A DNA stretch of 35,596 bases from Pseudomonadota bacterium. Its GTDB lineage: Bacteria; Pseudomonadota; Gammaproteobacteria; UBA4575. The translations under genes were made by a program, and so were the position numbers. Below the pieces are notes generated by a model. That model was given only the letters and a program-made list of their open reading frames with translations, made no database searches and was not told the DNA's origin. The stretch spans positions 1 through 35,596 of the forward strand of contig VXPJ01000063.1 in assembly GCA_009839635.1 (NCBI GenBank), given 5' to 3'. Each line of letters starts with the position of its first letter. The first letter of the stretch is position 1. Positions 29,605 through 35,596 of this stretch are shown piece after piece.

Positions 29605-30592
29605 GCTGTCCACCCTCAAGATCCACTTCGACGGGAACCCTGCAGGGGGGGATAACTGCGGGCAATGCCCGCTCAGCAAAGCACTGCATGATCCATTGGG
29701 CAGGGTTCGCGCCCAAGGCAGTCCCAAGACCCACATAGGACGTGGTCAATCTTGGATTGATCTCCACCAACAAAATCTCGTTCTTTGCAACGACTGCATC
29801 CACGCCCACGTAGCCGCGCAACCCCGGAAGTGCCCGGGCTATCCGGCTCGCAAAGCCGGCAAATTTCTCGTTCTCGAGCGCGCCTACGGTGCATCCTTCC
29901 CATTGCAGAGACCCGCCCTCTTCCCGGATCTGTTGCCGGTTGCAACTCAGCACGAGACCTGCACCTTCCCAGCACAGCAAACTCAGGCTGGCATGGACAC
30001 CCTGGACATAGGGCTGGAAAATGAAGTGCTCACGGTCGGCGCCATCGGCTGCAGCTTGCAACTCGGACCTGTTTTCCAACAGGGAAATATCTGTGCAGCC
30101 CACCCCGTCCTCCGGTTTCATCACAAATCGATCACCCCGCAAAGACCGTATATCAGCAGCCCTGCAGGTTGGAATTTGGGGAATTTCATGAGCCAGCAGA
30201 TACCGGTATGTTGCGAACTTGTGGCTGGCCAGCCTGATGGTTCGAGGCTCGGCATTCAACAACTCAAAAGACTGTGTCGAGTACCTTTCGCACAGTGAAA
30301 ACAAGATGTCACCGTTTTCCGGTGCAATAAACAGCATTGAATGTACAGTACCGGAAAACGCTTCAAGCTTAGCGTCATATGACTCCCCTGGCCCGACTAC
30401 TACTGTACGAGCGCCTGATACGCTGTCGCTGAGACGATGGTCCCTGAGAATGAAGACATTGCAACCAGGCAGTGCCCGGAAGTCGTTGACAGCTGCGAAC
30501 AGCATCATATCGCCTTCTCTCGCAAGCGAGGAAGGCAGAGGCTGACCGATCAAGCCTCCGCCGGTGATATACTCGAAAATCAGGATATTCAT
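29597..30592 (-). CDS. orf1: ATP-grasp ligase, MfnD-like tyramine--glutamate ligase (Orf1)
   Basis: MNILIFEYITGGG, SLAREGDMM, IAPE, KPEDGVGC, QPYVQG..ASLS, GYVGVD, VEINPRLTTSYVGL. Start placed at ATG 30592. Confidence 0.82.
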   Translation of the reverse strand: MNILIFEYITGGGLIGQPLPSSLAREGDMMLFAAVNDFRALPGCNVFILRDHRLSDSVSGARTVVVGPGESYDAKLEAFSGTVHSMLFIAPENGDILFSLCERYSTQSFELLNAEPRTIRLASHKFATYRYLLAHEIPQIPTCRAADIRSLRGDRFVMKPEDGVGCTDISLLENRSELQAAADGADREHFIFQPYVQGVHASLSLLCWEGAGLVLSCNRQQIREEGGSLQWEGCTVGALENEKFAGFASRIARALPGLRGYVGVDAVVAKNEILLVEINPRLTTSYVGLGTALGANPAQWIMQCFAERALPAVIPPCRVPVEVDLEGGQLA

Positions 30593-30601
30593 CGATATGT
30601 G

Positions 30602-31306
30602 ATGCAGATCATTCCGGTACTGGACCTCTCCAAGGGACAGGTCGTCCACGCAAAAAAAGGAAACCGCCAGCATTATAGGCCAATACAATCCTCCCTATGT
30701 TCCTCTTCGCATCCGGTGGAAATCGTACGCGGCTACCTCAAGCTTTACCCTTTCCGTACACTTTATGTAGCAGACCTGGATGCCATAGAGCAGCAAGGGG
30801 ATAACAGGGATATCATTCAGGCACTCGGCCTCGAGTACCCGGAACTTGAAATCTGGCTGGACAGCGGACTCTCGCTAGTCGACCACTACCTAGAAATCCA
30901 GAACACACTTTCGCTGCGTATCATTTTGTCCACCGAATCTATCCCGGTATCTACCGTCAAGTCCTTGATAGGGGGCGATTGCAGGCACCCTTTCATACTA
31001 TCTGTGGACTACCGGTCCGGTAATTTCCTGGGCGCACCGCATACCATGCAGACTCGTAACTTGTGGCCTACGGATGTCATTATTCTCAATCTTGATCAGG
31101 TGGGCACAAACAACGGCATGGCCCTGCCCGACGGATTGGACTTTGCGGAGCTATTTGATCAGTACAACATTTATTACGGCGGCGGAATCAACTCCCTTGC
31201 CGACCTGATGCAACTGAAAAAACGGGGTGCCGCAGGTGCCCTGCTTGCAACGGCACTGCATGGCAAAACGGTCAACCGGGAAGATTTGCTGTGTTTCAGG
31301 CAGTAA
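30602..31306 (+). CDS. orf17: HisA/HisF-related TIM-barrel protein (Orf17 of H4MPT/methylofuran clusters)
   Basis: MQIIPVLDLSKGQVVHA..G.R..YRP, LYVADLDAI, IWLDSG, LSVD, YGGGI, ALLATALH. Start placed at ATG 30602. Confidence 0.85.
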   Translation: MQIIPVLDLSKGQVVHAKKGNRQHYRPIQSSLCSSSHPVEIVRGYLKLYPFRTLYVADLDAIEQQGDNRDIIQALGLEYPELEIWLDSGLSLVDHYLEIQNTLSLRIILSTESIPVSTVKSLIGGDCRHPFILSVDYRSGNFLGAPHTMQTRNLWPTDVIILNLDQVGTNNGMALPDGLDFAELFDQYNIYYGGGINSLADLMQLKKRGAAGALLATALHGKTVNREDLLCFRQ

Positions 31307-31376
31307 TTTTTGATTTCGGCGGGACTGACGGTGAACGCCTGTACCGAAAAAGCCCGGCAACACGCAAACGTGGGGC

Positions 31377-31408
31377 AAAAAAATGCCCCGCAGGTGCGGG
31401 GCATTTTT
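31377..31408. terminator. Bidirectional Rho-independent terminator between convergent orf17 and fae
   Basis: AAAAAAA-TGCCCCGC-AGGT-GCGGGGCA-TTTTT: a GC-rich perfect stem with an A-tract on the left and a T-tract on the right. Confidence 0.88.
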
Positions 31409-31429
31409 ACAGCTTGGCTGAAAAGCTAA

Positions 31430-31957
31430 TCAGAATCCCTTGAACGGGTGTTCTGCGCTGTCTTTCTGGGCTACTACCTCAGCCGCTTTTGGCTCATCCT
31501 TGATCGCACGTTCCAAGGCCTCTTTCGTTGCCTTGTAGTTATTTTCATAAATTGCTTCATCACTCTTGGCTTCCCAGTGGATGAAGACGCCAACGCAAAT
31601 GAAGAGATCATCCGCCTCGTCGGCAGGTACGGTGCCGTCTGCAACACTGTCCGCAACAGCTTTCGCCACTGCTGCTTGGGCGGGTCCAAACATCTGAACC
31701 GCCTGGCCTGCACCCTTGATGGTCACTTTGTTGAACATCATGGTGTTGGGCTTACAAGGTAAATTTGGGGCAACCACGGCCAATAAGGTAGTAAAACCGT
31801 CCTTATTATTTACCAGGCCATTACAAAAGGCAGATTCCACAGCCGACCCACGCGGCCCCACCAGCAAGTCAATATGTGCAATCTCTGCCATTGTGCCGGA
31901 AGGATCGTTATCATTAACAAGTGATTCCCCGACCATTACTTTGTTAATTAATGCCAT
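31430..31957 (-). CDS. fae: Formaldehyde-activating enzyme
   Basis: [59 protein letters not shown]-terminal HPF; CAGGAG RBS. Confidence 0.96.
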   Translation of the reverse strand: MALINKVMVGESLVNDNDPSGTMAEIAHIDLLVGPRGSAVESAFCNGLVNNKDGFTTLLAVVAPNLPCKPNTMMFNKVTIKGAGQAVQMFGPAQAAVAKAVADSVADGTVPADEADDLFICVGVFIHWEAKSDEAIYENNYKATKEALERAIKDEPKAAEVVAQKDSAEHPFKGF

Positions 31958-32052
31958 TATATTTTTCTCCTGTTCTATTTTTAGTTGTCGACAAGCTACA
32001 GACTATCTGTCCGCCCGTATCCTTTTGGAAAATGGAATTGTGCTAGCGCGTC

Positions 32053-32061
32053 ACTATACCA
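32053..32061 (-). promoter_or_regulatory. Possible extended -10 promoter element for fae
   Basis: Minus strand TG-G-TATAGT, one mismatch to TGnTATAAT, about 95 nt upstream of the fae ATG; no good -35 seen. Confidence 0.35.
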
Positions 32062-32065
32062 CGCT

Positions 32066-32914
32066 TCACAGCATTTCCAGACCCTCCGCAAAGATGCTCG
32101 CTACCGTAAGGTCCGCGGTTGTTCCCGGGTTGATTCGGTCACGCTTGAGACAGCTGTCAATTTCCAGCAGCTGAGACTTGTACCTGACCGGCGAATCCGA
32201 ACGGCAGAATTCCTTTTCAAACGGAGTGATCATATCACTTATTTCCTGCGCTTTTAACATGCCGTATTTTCGCGAGACCAGACTGTCCGGAAACCGGGCG
32301 AGAAAAGCCAGATACAACCCGGACGCAGCCCAGCACTCATCCCCCCAGTGCATCAGCAGGGATCGGTACCTCGACCTGCCAAAATGGAAAATATCGCGAA
32401 AGTTGCTTGCGTACTGCAAGGCAACCCGGTCCTTCGAAGAGGAAATTTTCATTGCATTTAAAAGGGTTACCGTAGGCTCTTCATATATATCCTGATCATC
32501 AACATGCCCCAGCCCCCCCGGCTGTGCAATCCGTATGGCCCGGTACACATTTTTTGCATCCAGCACTGTTGACTGGCGCAGGGTTTCCTCCAGCGCAACC
32601 TCGAGTTTCCGGCCGGTCCGGCCCAGCCAGGCATGGATCAATGGTGCGATGAGTAAAATAATTCCGAGATTAGTATTTGTATCAACCGCCTGGCGGGTGG
32701 CCTGTATGGCCTGCAAGATCCGCTCACCCAGGGACAGTCCCGGGCAAGCCAAAGGTGCTGCACTCGCCTTGGCACTCTCCAAAAACTCCTGAACTCCCGG
32801 CGTTGAGGTATTTGAATAGACACTGGTATTGCCAGGCTTCAAAGCCTGTACATCCAGCCAGCACACATGCCTGTACAAACTGACCAGGCTCGAATGGGAA
32901 CTGAATTCCTGCAT
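32066..32914 (-). CDS. orf7: Triphosphoribosyl-dephospho-CoA synthase (CitG)-like protein (Orf7)
   Basis: DVQALKPGN, LGERI, TNTNLGIILL.APL, AIRIAQPGGLG, PDSLVSRKYG, INPGTTADL. Confidence 0.85.
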   Translation of the reverse strand: MQEFSSHSSLVSLYRHVCWLDVQALKPGNTSVYSNTSTPGVQEFLESAKASAAPLACPGLSLGERILQAIQATRQAVDTNTNLGIILLIAPLIHAWLGRTGRKLEVALEETLRQSTVLDAKNVYRAIRIAQPGGLGHVDDQDIYEEPTVTLLNAMKISSSKDRVALQYASNFRDIFHFGRSRYRSLLMHWGDECWAASGLYLAFLARFPDSLVSRKYGMLKAQEISDMITPFEKEFCRSDSPVRYKSQLLEIDSCLKRDRINPGTTADLTVASIFAEGLEML

Positions 32915-33012
32915 TGCATCAAGTCACAACTGGACAAAAGAAGGAAGTGATCTGAAGCAGGCTGGTCTTTCGTACTGAAAATACTGGCAAAACGGTGGTC
33001 ACCGCTTAAATT

Positions 33013-33927
33013 TTATATTGCTTGCTCGACCCCGGAGCAATGCTGCAAACGATCCAGAAAATGTGTTACCAGTCTTTCTGCAACAGTGACTCCACTGACA
33101 CTCTGAAGACCCCGCCATGCCGGAATGCTGTTCACCTCCGTGATCCACAACTTGCCATCATGATCGCGTATGATGTCCACTCCGCCATAGTACATGCGTA
33201 CAGTACGCACAGCGGCACGCGCAATCTCCGCAAACTCTTCATCCAGCACGGCTGGATAGCATTTTCCACCCGCCGCCACATTGGTGATCCAGCTACTGGA
33301 CTGCCTTCTCATTGCAGCCACGACCTGGCCACCAATAACGAACAGCCGCCAGTCATGAGCCTCTTTTGTGCCGGTATCGATATATTTCTGCAGGTAGTAG
33401 ATCTTGTTATACACCTCGAAGTTTGTCAGGTCACTGTGTCTGCTTATCAACTGCAAATTTTTGCCCTGGGAGCCAAACAGCGGCTTGATCACAACCTTGC
33501 AGCCAAGTTCGAGCTGCTTTCGTATGAAGGAGTAGGCCTGATGCACATGGTTTCCGACCCAGGTTGGCGGTGTGGCAAGACCCGACTGCTCGAGAAGAAA
33601 GCTGGTCATGCCCTTGTCTACACTGCGCTCAATGGCACGGGCATCATTGTAGACAAAGACGTTCAGTTCCCGTAATGCATGCAGGATATCGAGATAAAAG
33701 ACAACCTCTTCCAGGGTGCCTCCCGGTACACCACGCACGAATACGCCTGCCGGCAGGGTTCCTTCGAAACCGGGGATAAACAGGCTGTCGCCCTCCGACC
33801 CCGTCCTCAGGTAGCAGTCTGTCAGGGAAACATTCGTACAGTGATAGCCCCTTGCATTGAAAGCCTTGTGCAATTCTTTGCCGTGCCAGCCCGGGTCATC
33901 GGTGATGATTGCAATGCGCCGCGACAT
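33013..33927 (-). CDS. orf5: RimK-family ATP-grasp glutamate ligase (Orf5/MyfA, methylofuran polyglutamate synthesis)
   Basis: DPGWHG, VFVRGVPGGTLE, IERSVDKGMTSFLL, KPLFGSQG, DWRLFV, WITNVA.GG, GVDII, EVNSIPAWRGLQ; directly downstream of mch. Confidence 0.87.
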   Translation of the reverse strand: MSRRIAIITDDPGWHGKELHKAFNARGYHCTNVSLTDCYLRTGSEGDSLFIPGFEGTLPAGVFVRGVPGGTLEEVVFYLDILHALRELNVFVYNDARAIERSVDKGMTSFLLEQSGLATPPTWVGNHVHQAYSFIRKQLELGCKVVIKPLFGSQGKNLQLISRHSDLTNFEVYNKIYYLQKYIDTGTKEAHDWRLFVIGGQVVAAMRRQSSSWITNVAAGGKCYPAVLDEEFAEIARAAVRTVRMYYGGVDIIRDHDGKLWITEVNSIPAWRGLQSVSGVTVAERLVTHFLDRLQHCSGVEQAI

Positions 33928-33929
33928 GA

Positions 33930-34880
33930 TCAGGAAAAAGATGCGGCCAGCAGCTCAGGGGCCAGACTCCCGCCCCTGAATGTTTTACCACTCTCAACTG
34001 CAGTGATGACAACAGAGGCAGGGCTGAACAGCATGGGGTCAATCTTGAAAAAATCGTTGCCACAATCCTCAAGGACCTGGGCAAACGGTTTTCCATACTC
34101 CGAAGATGCACTCGAGGGAAGATCCTGGGACAGCTTTTCAGCACTTGCATCATCACCTTGTACAAAAAGATGAACCCTTCCAGCAAATAGAATCGCTGTA
34201 TTGGTGCGCTCCATGGCGGTTACAAAACTAGGGCTTGGCGGAGAAAGCGGGGCACTCGCCGAACCATCCAAAATGTTGTCCAGGGGAAACTTCAATGTGT
34301 GAGCCTTGTGCATTGCCACTTCCAGCACCCTGGAGACAATCTGCACCATACCGGCAATCGAACGCGTAGGAGTCAGTATGAATGTCAGGGCATTCGCGGG
34401 CAGGTTGCATACCTCTGCCACTCGGTCAATCAAGGCAACGGGAGGAATTTGGTCCACTTCAAGTACAAACGTCGCGTGGTCACAGCTGTCGCGATAACCC
34501 AGCTCTTCAAACAGTACCTCTCTCAATGCGATGGCCCGGCCCGGCCCCGATCCCAGAGCGTGGAATTTCTCGTGTGACAAACTCCAGCCCGCATACTGGC
34601 TTGCAAGGCACGCGAGCACCGGGTTGGAAGTATGGACATGCAGGGACAGCGGCCAGTCACTTATCGCAGCCGCATGATAAAGTGTCACCCTGCCCAGGCC
34701 TCCCATGCAGATCTCGCCAATCAGCCGGCCGGCCTCCAAGCCGCCCCTGCAATCGATGCCGGCGTCGATGTATCTTGCGCCGTTGGTGAACTCGCCCAGC
34801 CGTACCCTCAGTGCGACATGCTTGTCGATGAGTTCCTGAACCAGTGGCTTTGCCAGTTGATTAACACTTACATTCTGCAT
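33930..34880 (-). CDS. mch: Methenyl-tetrahydromethanopterin cyclohydrolase
   Basis: IDAGI...GGLEAG, ICMGGLG, ACLASQYAGW, LGSGPGRA, QIVSRVLEVAMHK, YGKPF, FFKIDPMLFSPA. Confidence 0.96.
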   Translation of the reverse strand: MQNVSVNQLAKPLVQELIDKHVALRVRLGEFTNGARYIDAGIDCRGGLEAGRLIGEICMGGLGRVTLYHAAAISDWPLSLHVHTSNPVLACLASQYAGWSLSHEKFHALGSGPGRAIALREVLFEELGYRDSCDHATFVLEVDQIPPVALIDRVAEVCNLPANALTFILTPTRSIAGMVQIVSRVLEVAMHKAHTLKFPLDNILDGSASAPLSPPSPSFVTAMERTNTAILFAGRVHLFVQGDDASAEKLSQDLPSSASSEYGKPFAQVLEDCGNDFFKIDPMLFSPASVVITAVESGKTFRGGSLAPELLAASFS

Positions 34881-34902
34881 TATTCATTCCCTTGTCCAAA
34901 AA

Positions 34903-35596
34903 TTACACACTCGCTCTGTGAGCATCCTGCACAAGCTCATGCAATATCTTTTGCATGCGAGCCCTGATCATCGCATGTACCTGCCCCATGTTCTTGCCGC
35001 CTGCGAATACGCTGCATACGGGCTCGTGTTCCTGAATAACTTCACCAGGATGCGGCCGGTCCGCTGTCCACAAGGGCCAGTCAAAGCAGGCCGGCACCCG
35101 TACAGGTTCCGGGGCATAGACATGCGCATGCGCACGAAGCGGACGTTCACCGGACATCCGGGCGAGTTTAGCATGTATGCAGGCATCCATATGTGCCCGG
35201 ATCAGGTGACCTTTCCGGGTCTCGTACAGCTCATAAGTAGCCGGGATCCGCGGGTTGATCTCAAGCACATACACGCACTCGTCCGAGAGGATGAAATCAA
35301 TGCTGTTCAGGCCAACCAGACGGAATTCCCGGGTCAGTAGCAGAGCATAGTGAAGTGCCGTGCCTTGCTGTTCTTGAGTGAGCTCAGCTCGATTGACAGC
35401 GCCTTCGTATACATAAGGCCTGTCTGGTCCGCACGCCCTGTGCCACAAGGTATTAAGCCCCAGCATTTCAATGTTCGCGCCATCAGCCAGAAATGTCAGG
35501 GAGAAATTCAGACCCTCAGTTTTTCTTTGCAGGTAAACCGCAGGATCATGGCCAGATTCCCTCGTGCAGGGCGCAATGCCCCTGCCCCCTGTCCCC
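34903..35596 (-). CDS. orfY: ATP-grasp protein (OrfY/MyfB), C-terminal part; 5' end lies beyond the right edge
   Basis: The frame of the 34903..35466 ORF stays open to the edge (GTGGRGI...YLQRKTEG..FSLTFLADG), followed by LVGLNSIDF, LEINPRIPAT, WTADRP, PVCSV; canonical position upstream of mch. Confidence 0.8.
   Translation of the reverse strand, partial: GTGGRGIAPCTRESGHDPAVYLQRKTEGLNFSLTFLADGANIEMLGLNTLWHRACGPDRPYVYEGAVNRAELTQEQQGTALHYALLLTREFRLVGLNSIDFILSDECVYVLEINPRIPATYELYETRKGHLIRAHMDACIHAKLARMSGERPLRAHAHVYAPEPVRVPACFDWPLWTADRPHPGEVIQEHEPVCSVFAGGKNMGQVHAMIRARMQKILHELVQDAHRASV

Noticed and set aside
30437-30688. Apparent 250-bp coding overlap between orf1 and orf17 in the ORF track
   Set aside because: Caused by longest-ORF start calls; the family-consistent starts (30592 and 30602) do not overlap.
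1-35596. CRISPR arrays, tRNA/rRNA genes, IS elements, tandem repeats
   Set aside because: None seen; nearly all sequence is coding, and the spacers are under 300 bp without repeated units or cloverleaf motifs.

Overview
35.6 kb of chromosome from a probable Gammaproteobacterium (Xanthomonadales/Chromatiales-like gene set; taxonomy inferred from protein style only). There are three blocks. (1) 1-9319, housekeeping: partial MscS-family channel, nagZ, zapE-mdh, DUF1249, sdhCDAB-sdhE and divergent ygfZ. (2) 9320-18486, a two-gene anti-phage island with no integrase, lying between the convergent 3' ends of ygfZ and lysS. It holds an intact single-polypeptide Type ISP restriction-modification enzyme (LlaGI/LlaBIII-like) tail-to-tail with an Avs2-like STAND NTPase. 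The ORF track splits the STAND gene into two ORFs, but they are one ~1297-codon reading frame broken by a single in-frame TAG just before the Walker A motif, and no N-terminal effector domain is recognisable. lysS and prfB (canonical +1 programmed frameshift) follow. (3) 21314-end, an archaeal-like tetrahydromethanopterin/methylofuran C1-transfer cluster (orf20, orf19, orf22, orf21, pabB, orf9, orf1, orf17, fae, orf7, orf5, mch, partial orfY) with an MMPL/RND exporter inside it. No rRNA, tRNA, CRISPR array, transposase or integrase was seen. All calls come from reading motifs by eye; no searches were run.
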